This document shows positions 25,501-38,019 of a stretch of DNA of 64,000 nucleotides, piece by piece (within the stretch, counting starts at the first letter, position 1; each line of letters opens with the position of its first letter). Position numbers and translations under genes: made by a program. The stretch covers positions 587,882-651,881 of the forward strand of contig NW_005434663.1 in the NCBI RefSeq assembly GCF_000315625.1, written 5' to 3'. Under the pieces are notes generated by a model that was not told the DNA's origin, searched no databases, and was given only the letters and a program-made list of their open reading frames with translations. The DNA is from Guillardia theta CCMP2712. Its lineage: Eukaryota; Protista; Cryptophyta.

Positions 25501-28500
25501 CGCAGGTGAGGAAGACGTCGCAGCACGTCACTCGCTCAACAGAAAAGCTTGGCAGGAATGCCTTCATCCACTGTCAGCCTTTCCCCCCCCAGGTCCTCCA
25601 ACATCCCTCACCCGCCGGTTCGACGGCTCCTGCTGCTTCCCGCTAGCACGGTGACCTCCGTCCTCGCCTGAGTCCCCAAGGAGCATGTCGAGCCCCTGGA
25701 AGCTCAGTCACGCTCCCCTCATGGTCTTCTCCTCTTACTGGAGCGCAGATGTCCGTCAACCACAGGGAAGAGGAGGAGTCTTCGTGCCACAGGGACTTGT
25801 TGAGCGTGTGAACGTGCACCATGGTTCTGACTCTGCGGCAAACGGGAGGTCAGGAAGAGAGCAGAAAAGAGGAGGAGAAGAGAGGAGGAGAAGAGAGGAG
25901 AGGAAAGGACGAGAGAAGAAGAGGAGCAGACTTGTTCAGCACGTGACGGTTCTTGATTCCATGCAGCATCGCCTCCCCTTCGTCGAGGAAGGAGTCGTTG
26001 ACGTCGAACACAAAGGGGAAGAGGAGGGGCCTCAGCAACTCCAGACATGCTCTGACCTTCTTGCTGACCGACGGCTCGGCAGCAGACCATCTGAAGGAGC
26101 GGAAGACATCAGCTGGACTCTTGCCGAGCGAGAGCTGGTGCAAGACGTCAAAGGTGACGTGCTCCCCGAATCTGTCAGCAGAGAGGTTGATAACGTAGTC
26201 GACGACTCCCTCCAGGTCAGAGGGAAAGTCGTCGGGCACAGAAAGTTTCGAGTCTTGAAAGAGCACGAACAGAGTCGTCTTGAGGTAGAGAGGTGAGAAA
26301 TACTGAAGAGAAAACAACTCAGCGTCTTCGGAAGAGTCCTCCCCGCACACACCATCTCTTGATTGTTTGCAATCTTGGACAAGGAGCTCATAGCACTCCG
26401 CAAGGACGGAGGAATGCTCCCCTGCACCAACAAAACCATCCAAGTCAGACGAAGATGTAATCTTCCAGGTGTTCTCGGGCTGAGCAAGAGCAAGAAACAA
26501 CAACGCAACACAGCTCGTCTACATCGCATGTCTAGGACATCAACATCATCTCCCATCTGCTCACGTCCGGAAGGGCTTCGGCGACGTTTGCACGCAGCAT
26601 GTGCAGCCTCTCCTTCACGCTGAGCTTGTCCATCCTCGTCACCGACAGTTCGATCCCCTCGCATGTAGCAGTTAGCTCCTGTTACACCATCACGAGTCAC
26701 TTCTCCCTCCTCTCATCTCCACCAGCCCTACATGGAAGCTCAGGATTGGCCCCGATGTCACGATGCAAGAGCCTGGGAGCAGGGAGCAGACCAGGCGGAG
26801 CTTCTCGACTTGCGAGCCCACTGAGCTGCCCAGTCGGTTCGAGGGGCCCAGCAGGGCTGAGACGTCGGTGCTGCCGAGCGACTCTATCATGACAAGCAGT
26901 CGCGGCAGCGGCTGACTCGCCGTCCCTCCGAGCAGCACCTGCTGCAGGTCCTGATAAAGTACCTTGTCCTTCCCCCTCACGTCCAGAATCCACTTCCAGT
27001 GAGGAGGGACTTGCTGATAGGATTCCTTGAAGAAGGCGAACAAGCGCTGCGCAAGCTCCTCCTCCTGCTCCTCAAGTATTCCCGTCTCTTGCACCCCGTT
27101 TGACGTTTTCTGAACCCCGACGGCCTCCAACCCAGCAGCACCCTCCTCCGCGCTCGCCTTCTCCCTCACAATCTGCATTTCGTCGTCAGATCGGTCAGCG
27201 TCACTTCTTGCAACTCACCCGCACCAACTCATCCAATCTCCTAATCATCTCGTCCGTCCTTGCGCCATCGTTGCACACAAGGCAACACGCGTCGAAGAGC
27301 ACATAGTCGATCACCTGGACCAGGTCTAGCCCAGGTCGTCTGAACGCAAAGATTGTGTGTACGGGCTTCTGGCCGTGATCTGATCTGAGGATATTCCTCA
27401 CCACACTAGAGACTACTGAAGTCTTTCCCTCTCCCCCTTCACCCTCCAGGTAGAAGATCATCAGTTGACTGTCGCTGGACTGCTCCAGGACTTGGCTCAA
27501 CATGAGCTTCATGGTTTCATCTTGGATGAGGCCCTTCATAAGGCTGCACGAATGCAGGAGCTTGTCGAGGATGACCTGTTGCCTCTGCAGCTCCTGCACG
27601 TGCTGCTCGTGCCGGTTGTCCCTCCTCGAAATCTCCTGTAACACCCCGCCGCCCAAGCTCCCCGACATCGTCGACCCGCTGTGGTTGGGGGAGGAGGAGT
27701 ACAGGATGTGCTTGTCAAGTATGGCATCACCGTCACACCCCAGCTTCTCTGCAAGCCACCTGACCAGCTCGCCCAGCATGCCCCCAGCACTGACGCGGTG
27801 AGAGAAGAGAAAGCAGCTCCTCTGCAGCAACCCCAGGAGGGCCTCCACCTCCTTCCCCGAGAACCGCTGCGACAGCTCATCCTGCATGCGGGGGGTGAGG
27901 GAGGACGAGAACCAGACCTCGACCCCGTCCCTCATCACCTTGACCTCCTCCTCACTCTTGTACTTGAGGGAGAATGCCCCCCCTGCCCTCATCGCCCTCA
28001 TCACCTGCTCCCCCTGCGCGAACGGAACCCACAAGTCCAGCGTGACTGCCATGTCCTCAGCTGTTTGCTCAATCAGGTCCTGGAACCCCCTGGAGTCGAC
28101 AAACTGCAGCACCCTCCGCTCCCCTCCCTTCCTCTCCCCCCTCCTCGCACCCGCTCGTGAGGCCTCTGGCCTCGGGTGCGAGCTATACCCCGATCGCTCG
28201 CTCTGCCTGCTCATTGCATGTACAATCCGAGCTCCCATACTCTTATGATCGATTTCCGCCATCCTTCCTACGTCCTCCACAAATTCACGAAGGAGCGATT
28301 GAAAGCCCATGGCGCAAGACAACGTTTTCGTCTCCACACGAAGCGTAACGAAGCCTCCATCTTCTCCCTTCGCCCCATACTCGAGCATGTTCACGACTCG
28401 TGACAGCAGGCCCTCAGCCCTCGCTCGCTGACCTTCGCTCAGACAGTTGACCAAACCCGAAGTTTGCGCGCGATCGATCTTCTTTTTCACCTTCAAGAGA

Positions 28501-30096
28501 GTCTCCACCTCCTCCAGACTCACGCTCGCCTCCCCCAGCAGACTGATGAGCTCCGGTCGCTCGCCGTCCACCAAAGTGCGCGTGTTCTTGCTCAGGGAGA
28601 GGTCCGAGCAGGGTTGCTTCAGCTCTTCAATCAGCCTCCTTGCGATCGACAGGCAGTCGCTCGCGTTGGAGGGGGAAGGAGGCCCAGCCTTAGGAGACAC
28701 GCGAGCATCGGGCTTGATAATCACAATCAGGCACAAGGTCAAGTGATCGTCGATAGGATGACTCTCCACTCTGAGGACGAGACGATCAGCAGAGACGAAC
28801 AAGTGGCAAGCAAACTCTTGTCTGATCTGAGCGAGAAGCAGCTCGGGGTTTGAGATCGAGTCATCACAGTCTTGCTTCATGGGGATCAAAACCTTCTTCG
28901 CCTGATTGTCTTGTACCCTGTAGGATTCCAACCAGAGGAGATGGCTATTGACGAACCCATCGAATTCTGTGACTAACGAATCAACTGTGATCGAAAACTG
29001 TGATGTCTTGCATGCTAGCAGAAATTTCTTCGCGGCTGAGCCTTCAAAGCTTCTCCCATTCTTCACTAGGTGTTGTCGGAGCAGAGACAGGTAATTTCTC
29101 CGCGACAGCGCATTGTTCGCATCGTCAGATCGCAGATGGAAGGGCTCATCTCGTACAATGCGGTCAAGAGCCTCCTCGAAACACTGAAAATCCTGCAAGA
29201 TAGACCCGAGGCAGCGCTGGCTCAGCCTTCGCTGCAGGAAGAGCAAGTCCGACAGAACACGGCTGGCAGTAGCTATGAGCCGACCATCGATCAGCGTGAC
29301 GATCACATGGTTGAGATCTTGCATAGACGCAGTTGTCCAGCTCCCGTCCAGCCCTCTGCAGTCAGCATAGAAGCTTTGAGCGCATCTCGCCAGTTGCTCT
29401 CGATGACTAGAAGCTAACAAGTTCTTGACTTGAGTGCAGAGCTTACTTCTTGCCGGCAACCTCAGGCTGTCAAGGGACGGAGGCCTCGCACGGCTCGCCC
29501 ATGGTCTGTTCTGCTCTGTCTTTGGTCGCTTGCGAGGAGCCGTCAACGGCCTCTTTGGAATGCTTTCGGGGTTCATGTCCGGTGTAGGGGACTTCGACTC
29601 ATCCCGGGAACGGGCGATGGGCTCTGCCGACCTGGGTCTTGTGACAATCCCCACGGGCCTGTCGGCCTGCATGTCGACGTTGAAGGGATCAGATGAAGCC
29701 GCTTCATCCTGAGATCAGATCAGAATGTCACGTGGCCGTTTACAAGGATGCTTAAGCACGGCTAGTTTCACCCCTGGGTAATTTCAGGATGAATATGCAT
29801 ATGTGCTGGGAAAATATTGCGAGCAATGCATCGAGTGTGAACAGCTTCATACACCAATCAAGAACACCTCTTCCACACTCTTATCACGGGCATTCGAAAC
29901 ATGGTACCTTCCACGATCGTTCGCGTGGTGTTGGGCAGAAGTCAAGTGACCACAGCGCCAAGGAGCTCAATGGACACAGGGAGGGAGGAGGACATGGAGG
30001 TATTCCACTTTGCTATCCTTACAAGGAACACGGAGAGGGAGAGGAGAAGGATGCGGCCGCCTCCCTTACCTGCTCCAGCGGTATGACAAAGACCAT
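16516..30096 (-). CDS. Giant multi-exon STAND-like protein: NACHT-like NTPase 1 - linker - DUF4062 - NACHT-like NTPase 2 - SPRY
   Basis: The ORFs 27201-29672, 26690-27178, 25850-26503, 24539-25400, 23145-24035, 21871-23082 and 17211-19046 are co-oriented, and most junctions can be joined by GT-AG introns. P-loops: FYLEGEGGEGKTS (~27412-27456) and LFLRGDAHSGRTS (~18721-18768). Walker B: LLLVVDGL. GxP-like motifs: SPLYL and SPLFL. DUF4062: VFNSSTFSDMHCERDYL..WIDFRWG..SCLKKIDEC..VGLLGERCGW. SPRY: WTFD..EINCAK..IRIGV..GFLYS..DTVGVFL. The start is uncertain (29672-30096) and two gaps fall inside. Confidence 0.75.
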
Positions 30097-30887
30097 GGCG
30101 CTGCGATCCGCCCAAGTTGGAAAGGATTAGAACAGGGGTGCCAGAGTTGAGATGGTACTGAAAAGTGATGTGAAAGGTGTAAGGTCGGAACTATACCCTT
30201 TTTAATTAGAGATACACATGAGAAATAGGTAGAGTTTTAGGGAGAGAATCCGGCAGTGGGATAAGAGTACCCGATTAGGGGTGGGGGGTTTCTCCCTCGT
30301 ATCGGTTAGCCGAGGGGACGAGGGTTCGCCACTTAAATGTATTATTACAAGTATATATCTATTTTATGATCGGCAAGTCCGAAAACTATGGACGCCGCCC
30401 GGCGAGAGGCCGCTGGCCGCGGGCCCGGGCCCGGGCAGGGGCCTGAGCGCCGGGCCGGGCGGCATCATGGCACAGCCGGGATGATGATCCGCCTTACGGT
30501 CCAGGCTGGGCCCGCACGGCAGTGTTTGACCCGGTCTCTTTACTACTCGCTACGGTTTACAGTGTTCAAAGTTACCCTCGCCGCCGTGCCGACCGTACCG
30601 TACGGCGGTGCCACGACCGGGTGATCGGACCCGGTAGTCCGTACTGCGGCATACGGTAGCCGCCGGCTGAGCCCAGCGGCCTGCTAGTACTCTCGCGGCG
30701 CGGCGGCCGATTTTTAACTTACTAAGTGTAACTTTGCCAGGCCCGGAGTGAAGCCTGATCAATTCCGGTCGGACTACCAGCCCGACTGAGCACTCAGTGA
30801 CTGTCAGGGCCCGGCCTGGCGGCGGCCCGGCCCGGCCGGTCACGTTTATTTGATCAGCCTGAAATTCTGCTAGTCGAAGGGTCGCGT

Positions 30888-31328
30888 ATGGTTGCCGTGA
30901 TTGTGGATCACAGAGTAAGAGTAGCCGCTGTCGCTGCAGTTGCCGCTTTCTTGCTCGTCTTACTGGGAACAAACTTCATGGATGAAGTTGATGGTGCTGA
31001 ACTGGCTAGGAAGAGCATGTCTGAACCAGTGAACTCTGCTTCTGGACTAGTTCCTGACCGCTTCCCCGCTGGATTGGGCTATACCGCACAAGCAGCAGAG
31101 GACCCTTTTACTGGGAAGCCACTTTTGAGAAGAGATCCGATTCATCCTGGGAAGGTCATACTAACGAGACTGGCGAAATCGCGAAGGGATGCTTACTATG
31201 CATGGTTGAGGCGTCATCGCAAAAACCCTCTCTTCAACAGGTTCGTTCACAACAGCCAAGAAAGTCTCGGGTCTGCATTCTCGATCCATTCGATCTTACA
31301 CGATATATTTGGGACCCCGAAGAAGTGA
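30888..31328 (+). CDS. Small hypothetical protein with N-terminal signal anchor
   Basis: 146-aa ATG ORF just after a GC island, with the hydrophobic stretch VAAVAAVAAFLLVLLG. Confidence 0.6.
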   Translation: MVAVIVDHRVRVAAVAAVAAFLLVLLGTNFMDEVDGAELARKSMSEPVNSASGLVPDRFPAGLGYTAQAAEDPFTGKPLLRRDPIHPGKVILTRLAKSRRDAYYAWLRRHRKNPLFNRFVHNSQESLGSAFSIHSILHDIFGTPKK

Positions 31329-31528
31329 ACATTATGGCTTGAGCCACATGGAGCAGCACAGGTTGTGATACCTATGTAAATTAGTGAAACCAGAATGTCA
31401 TGAGTCTCGTCTTTCCAACTCGATACTTCGGACTCTTTCAAGTTTTGTTTGAAGTCTCGATGTATTATACATTAACCTTTGCACTAGCAAGTTACTTGGA
31501 AATCCTAGAGATTCCCTTACACTTCTCT

Positions 31529-33194
31529 CTATACAGCTGTAGATGCAACTAGTCTCCTGTCTGTGCACGGAAGCACGCATACATCTTGCCCTGCACTCGA
31601 TGTTAGCAACTTCATACAACAAATACATTAAAGTTCATCACCTTCTTTCAAGTCCATTACGTCAATATTCTTATTGACATTCATCAGTTTCTTGACCGTC
31701 GTCTGAAATCGAGCTGCAGAACATCTTCAATACCGAATCATTCAGTCGATCTCAGAGAGTATGTGACCTGCGATCACTACAAGCGTGTCTCCCCTCCGAA
31801 CCTTGTAAATTGAGCCGATCCTAAGCACCACGTCGGAATGCAGCACAGCATTCGGCTGAGGTAGCCAAGGATTCAGATTCCACATCCTGCGCCAATTTCG
31901 ATCCAGATGATACCTGCAGATGCTCAGAACATTTGTTTGCGTGCTCAACAACTTACTGGCGTGCAAGCGATTCTAGAGTCATCCCCTTGTTGATGTAGAT
32001 GGAACAAATCGAAACTGTTATTGACACGCAGGTGACAGCTCCTGGCCCAAGATAACCACTATCCGTGCAGCCGTAGCATAGCCTGATAATCTTTCCATCA
32101 TCCAATGCCGCTTGAGCCTGGTACGTCAACGTGGTTTCCACAGACTTCGTTGTGGTTCCGACGTTCACCACTGCATCCACCGTCAAGCAGTCGCTCAAAC
32201 CACACACATATTGCTGCTCGACTTTTTTGTCAAAGATAGTTGCATTGACAATGTAGACAAGAGGTGTCAAACTTGACTGCGAAGAAGCGTTGATGCTGCA
32301 TGTCATGGTGTGTCCTAACAAGGCCTGTCCTGGAGCAAGGTACACCATGTCGGAAGCAGGTGGGATATACCGCCACATCGGGTTTGTACTTGAGACAGTG
32401 AAGGTAAGTGTATAAGTGTGGACCGGACAAATGTTGATGGCACCCGGCGTTCCGATGACAAACTCCCCCACATGTTGCGCTCCCTGCAGCCCCCGAGTCG
32501 GCATCCACTGGACTTCCCAAGTCTGCGGTGTTGTGCTAGAGACAGTCATCCCGATGGGGACACCAGGATCGACCGTCGCCTGAAATGTCAACGATGTTGA
32601 GAGGGGGAGATTGATTTGAAATTGGATCAATTCGTTGACACTGACACTGTTAACATAAGTGCACTGGGTTTTTCCATCGGCTGTCGTGCAAGAGAATTCC
32701 TTGATATTTGAAAATGGATTCTGTAAATTGGACAGAGAAGAACACTGCACGAATTTGATGCCTAGGTTGTTGCATTCAGGTATCGTGCATGCGGGAGGCT
32801 GAGCTTGATCTTGACTCGAGAACTGGGCAGTTTTCGCACAGGTGGGGACTGTGATGGCGGAAGTTCCTTTCTTGATGTCGGTGACAGAAGCTGCAGGATT
32901 CAAATATGTGCCAATATAAAGAGTTCCAAACATGGGCTCAGCTCTGTACATGTTTGAAATGGTTAAATCGCAGCCATTGGCAGAAGCATCGAGAGCGTCC
33001 GCCGCCTGGAAACCTTGGAGTGCAAAGATGAACAAGAACAGCAAGAAGATGGATGAACTGGGGAAGATGTGTGTAGCGAGGGATGGAGGGTATGATGAGG
33101 AAAGAAGAGAGATTCCTAAGTGAGCGGAGGAGCATCTTGCTGCTTTACGGCGCCGCGGTTTCATATCACGCGGCGCCATAGTGCCAAGAGCCAT
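31529..33194 (-). CDS. Secreted Cys-rich protein with two C-terminal LysM domains
   Basis: Hydrophobic segment IFLLFLFIFALQGFQAADA. Spliced end: CSIYINKGMTLESLARQ|YHLDRNWRRMWNLNP..IYKVRRGDTLVVIA|ARFQTTVKKLMNVN..DLKEG|QDVCVLPC..*, which matches the LysM consensus YxVxxGDTLxxIAxxF...L..G..l.lP. Confidence 0.85.
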
Positions 33195-33768
33195 GGGATG
33201 ATAATGAAGTGGATTTTTGTCAAGGGTTCTATGCCGACAACAACTTCGTTATATTGTTCCAAAATATATTGTCAAATGTTCAAATTTTAATCAAAATGTT
33301 TCTTCACAATTTGATTCGTGAAAATGAACTGGAGGACAATTGGAAAAACGAACATAAATAGGAGAACGATCTTTCAAAACTAGAGAAAAATTTGAAATAT
33401 AAAACTTAAATTTAGCAACAGGACGAAAAATCCCTAAAAAGAATTGGTAAGTTTTGCTGCTCGAAAAACTCTTGATAAGTCGATCATCCCTCTATTTGAC
33501 CTTCATATCTGAAATCTCATCTCGAACCTCCTCCCCGTGGATGGTTTGTGGACCGCGTCCCCACACACACCCAAGTTACGGACCCACCCTTTGCACCACC
33601 CCCAGCTTGACCACCCCCACCTTCAACAAAGCTTTCGACTTGAATACAACCCATCACAACTAACGGTACCCCCTAGCCCCTGGTGATGCAAGGGGTCCAC
33701 CCTGACCCTTCTACGGCAGTTATATTCCGTAACCAACGGTGAAGAGTCACCACCGAGAGACACTCGCC

Positions 33769-33975
33769 ATGCTCGCTAAGCTGTGGAACGCTGCCAGCAA
33801 CGACGCCGTCGGAGGTGCATCTCACAATGCTTTCCACACCAACGCTGCCAAGTCCATCTATGCAGAGTACAGGTCTATGGGAAGCTCCGAGAGGAAGGAC
33901 AAGCTCGCTGCCTCTCGCTGCACTGGGCTCGTGTCTGGGCTCCGCCTTGCTGCTCTCAGCCGCCCGGACTTCTAA
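33769..33975 (+). CDS. Small 68-aa hypothetical protein
   Basis: gccATG start context and C/G-ending biased codons (AAG, AAC, GCC, TAC). Intronless, divergent from the LysM gene. Confidence 0.5.
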   Translation: MLAKLWNAASNDAVGGASHNAFHTNAAKSIYAEYRSMGSSERKDKLAASRCTGLVSGLRLAALSRPDF

Positions 33976-34116
33976 AGCGCTCGTTGCCGGCAGCATTTCA
34001 AGAGCGATTGAGTTCAAGTTTGCTTGATTGGATTTTCTCATTTCCGTGCTCCTGCTCACCAGACAGAAGGCAACATTTTTTTCTCTCTCCCCAAGTCTTT
34101 GATTAAAATGTGATCC

Positions 34117-35261
34117 TCACAAAAAGATGAAGTTGTAGTTCATGGATTTATTGGAGTTCACAGCTGAAAGCTTACATACATATGAAGGGGGAAAGTTAGA
34201 CCTTTCTAGATTTTCTTTGTGGATTTTTAGAGCATTTTTAGAGCATGATCGCGATCTCTTCCGTGTTACGGAGACAAGCCTGAGCATGTGGAGGAATGAT
34301 ATCTGTAACATACCACCCTACCATTTCGCACGTATACCATTCCATATCGGCATTGGATATGGTTTTGGAAACCATCTCGTAGACGGATCTATGCCTAAAA
34401 TGTTGCTCGCCTCTGCAGGATCGACGTCGGTAATGAATCCATCTCCTGTAGAAAATCATTCAGAAGCTAGTCTGATACAATTAGTCTGTATCAAAGTAGA
34501 TCTCTGTGTGAGCAGTTCAGATGAGACTGCTGATGTCTTGTGCTGCATTGTGACAAGATTGGTGGTGGGCATTTCGATGAAGTCCACCACGATCCACGCG
34601 GGATGTACACGAAGGGGCGATGCAAGCGAGACACCGGGCAGCAACATGCACAGGAAGAGGACTCACCTTGATTGACTAGGGCGTAGCCGCTGCTATCGAA
34701 GAAGACGAAGCCCTTGCTGGTCAGGTAGATCTCGAAGTCCTGCTGTTGCTTGTTCGTTAGGAGGATGTGAGGGCCCTTCGGTCGAAACACCCAGCTCCCT
34801 ATCTCAAACGGGTTGCTCCCTATAGGCTTGGCAAAGGAGAGCTTCTTCATCTCCTCTGCCAGGGTCTCGTTGTCCCATTCGGTCAGATTGCCGGTATACC
34901 CCTGGGGCCAGACGGTAACGACGTCGTTGCCGGCCATGTCGTACGTGGTTCTGAACTGTCCTCCGCTCGCTCCCCACAGCTCTATCATGATGAAGGGCGG
35001 CTCTCGGTTCATGAGCATGGTGAGCGTGCTCTCGAGGTCATCCGGCACCGTGTGGATGTCCCAGAACTCTGCTGCGGAGTCGAGCCAGCGATCTGACATG
35101 GATCCTCCGCGCAAGCGCACGACCTCACCCGGACTCGTCGCACAAGATGGACGGGGAACATGCTGGACCATGGAGCTCTCGGCTTCGCCCCATCTCATTG
35201 CGAGGAAGTAGACGAGCATGATCGTGAGCTTAGAGCAAGAGCTTGTCGCTCTTACGAGCAT
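34117..35261 (-). CDS. Hypothetical protein with signal-like leader and RLRGG motif
   Basis: Long first exon (MLVRATSSCSKLTIMLVYFLAM...VVRLRGGSMSDRW...) followed by short GT-AG exons such as ASNILGIDPSTRWFPKPYPMPIWNGIRAKW. The 3' end is approximate. Confidence 0.65.
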
Positions 35262-35511
35262 CGTTGTCAAATAAGAAGGGGATGTTCCAGGTTCAAACAA
35301 GCATTCAGATTGCAGGAATGGAGAGCACGGTGTACCTCTACCTCAGCACATGCCTCCGTCGTGCTCATGCCCTGCCCTGCCTCCCAGACGCGACCCAGCA
35401 TCATATCCCCGACGCCGATCCGCCCCAACATGGCGACACATCTGCCACTGAACCTTTGTTGGCCCTCTTCCCCGCTCATTCCTCCTGACTTGAGTCCCTT
35501 CAAAGAAATCC

Positions 35512-36246
35512 ATGGCGAGGGTGACGGGGACCCTGGCGCTGGTGCTAGCAGGGATGATGGTGGGAGGAGGAGGGAAAGGTGAGGAGTTCGAGCAAGTCTC
35601 AGAATCTCTCTGATTCTTCCCCTTCCTCCTGCCCCCGTCTCCCTCCAGCATCCCTGCTGATGAAAGGGTGCCGATGCTGTTGTGTACTGATTGTGTTGGT
35701 GGCACAGTCGCTAGCTCGAGGGGTGTCGTCAACAACAAGTTCTTCACCTTCACACCCTTAAGCCTGCGATCTGATGGCGAGCGCAAGATGAAGCCATGCT
35801 GTGTCTCATGGCCTGGGGGGACTTACCAGGCCGCGGATGGCACAATCACTGGGTCGGGAGATGAAACCTTCGATGGCAAACTGGTGCCTTCCTGCCTGAG
35901 TCTTGAGGGCTGATCTGATTGACTTCTCCTGCGCAAAAGGTTGTGGACGGGACGAGCGGGTGGATCAGGAGCATCAAGGGATGGACATGTGCACAAAGTT
36001 TCTGTGTCCATGTTGCATCAGGGAATTGGACCATTGCAGACTGCGGAATGAAAGTTGAAGGTGGCAACACGATGCCAGCCGCTATCGTTCAGGTTCATCA
36101 GTGAGATGTTGCCATTCTGTCTGATTCATGAGCAGACAGATCGAGATGCTTCGGTGCTGCTGCAAGACTGCGATTTGAATGGTGCATGGTCTGCTGGTAA
36201 ATGAGTTTATGTTCTATACGTGGAATGGTGGTGGTGATTGAGATGA

Positions 36247-36277
<31 letters not shown>

Positions 36278-37936
36278 GATGATGATGGCGATGATGATGA
36301 TGGCGATGATGATGATGGCGATGATGATGATGGCGATGATGATGATGATGATGATGGCGATGATGATGATGATGATGATGAGGAGGAGGAGGAGGAGGAG
36401 GAGGATGACGAAAATAACGATGATGACGATGATGATGATGATGAGGATGATGATGATGATGAGGAGGAGGAGGAGGATGACGATGATGATGATGAGGATG
36501 ACGATGAGGATGACGATGACGATGACGATGATGATGGCGATGACGATGATGATGATGATCAGATACAGCGGACGACGATGACTTACAGCAACAAATATTT
36601 GGGAAAGACTCTGAAACATCCGTCATCTGCGGCGTTGAGACGCTTGCAGAGTCGTCGTTGGTCGTCAACAGAACAACATTTCAGGCACGAAAGTAGTTTG
36701 TTGTTCTTCTCTTGGTTAGAGGAGATCCAGAACTTGAGAATGGAAGGATAGTCTTTGCGCGTTAGAGGAGATTTTTGTGATGGAGATGGATTCTTCCCTG
36801 ACTCTTGTTTCCTTCCAACAGGGGTTCGCCTTGGGTTGCTCGAGCTCAGCACAGTCTACAGCGACTTGTCTCGGTCAGCCCTGCTACCCTCTGTTCGACG
36901 CTCTCTGACATGTAGCCCAAGCCTCTCGCTTCAAAGACTGTGCCGTCTGTCTCTGCCTGGAGGAGCAGAGCAGGTGCTTGGTTCGAGACTGTCACATGCA
37001 AGCAAAGTTGGGAGCAATCTGCACCAAGACTGAAGATTGCAGATGCGATGTTGATGAGTACAGCCAGTTCGATGGCCCGAAAATCTTTGTTGCCCCCAGT
37101 GCGACGCTGAGCAACCTGCCGGATCTGAACGACTTCCCCCCCCCTGCTGGACTCCAGCAGGTCGCAGAGTCGAGCGGAGCTTTCACCCACTCGCTGCAAG
37201 AGTACGTTGAGAGGGAGGTGATGGCGGCGAAGGATCATGCCGTCGTCACGAAGAACCTCTCGAGCTGGGAGTACGTCGACCTCGTCCTTTCCAAGGTCTC
37301 GGCGAATCTCAGCGAATGTCCGCCCGAACTGCAGGAGAAGCTCGTGAGGAAGTGGGAAGGTGTAGGAGGAGGGAGACCCGGGAATGGATCTGACTCTGCT
37401 TGTCAGAGCTGTTTCTGTCGCCCGTGGACGAGGAGAGGTCAGCGGGGATCCTTGACGGCCTCGCGCCCGAGGACGAACGGTACGTGACATGTTTGACATT
37501 TTGACGTCTCTGCCGCTGGTTGCTGATGAAGGGGAGGAGGGGAGAGAGGAGGGGAGGTGATCTTTCCTCCATAGCTTCCAGCAGTGGAGGAGCGCGTTCA
37601 AGTTGACGTCTTCCCTGCAAAGGCAGATGATTGCCAGCGCGATGCTGGTGAGCGAGGGAGGAGGCGAAGGGAGTTCCTCCTGCTCACTGGCTTCCAGCAC
37701 ATGGACTCCCTCAGGCAGAGAAACGCATCCCGGGATATGGTGCACGAGGAAGAGATCCCACAGCGTGATCTCTACCAGTTGCTACAAGGCAAAGGCAATG
37801 GCGAAGGTAGCCTTCCTTCCCCCTCCCTGTTGACTCCACGAATGCCTCCCTCCTCTCCTCGTTGAAATCCTCCTGTTCTTCTCTTGTCCTTGGTTTCAAA
37901 GATGTTCTCCTCCTGTTCCTGCTCCCCCTCTCCGCT

Positions 37937-38019
<83 letters not shown>

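Noticed and set aside
36098-36668. Poly-Ile, poly-Met and poly-His ORFs (also 2772-3528)
   Set aside because: Intronic trinucleotide microsatellites.
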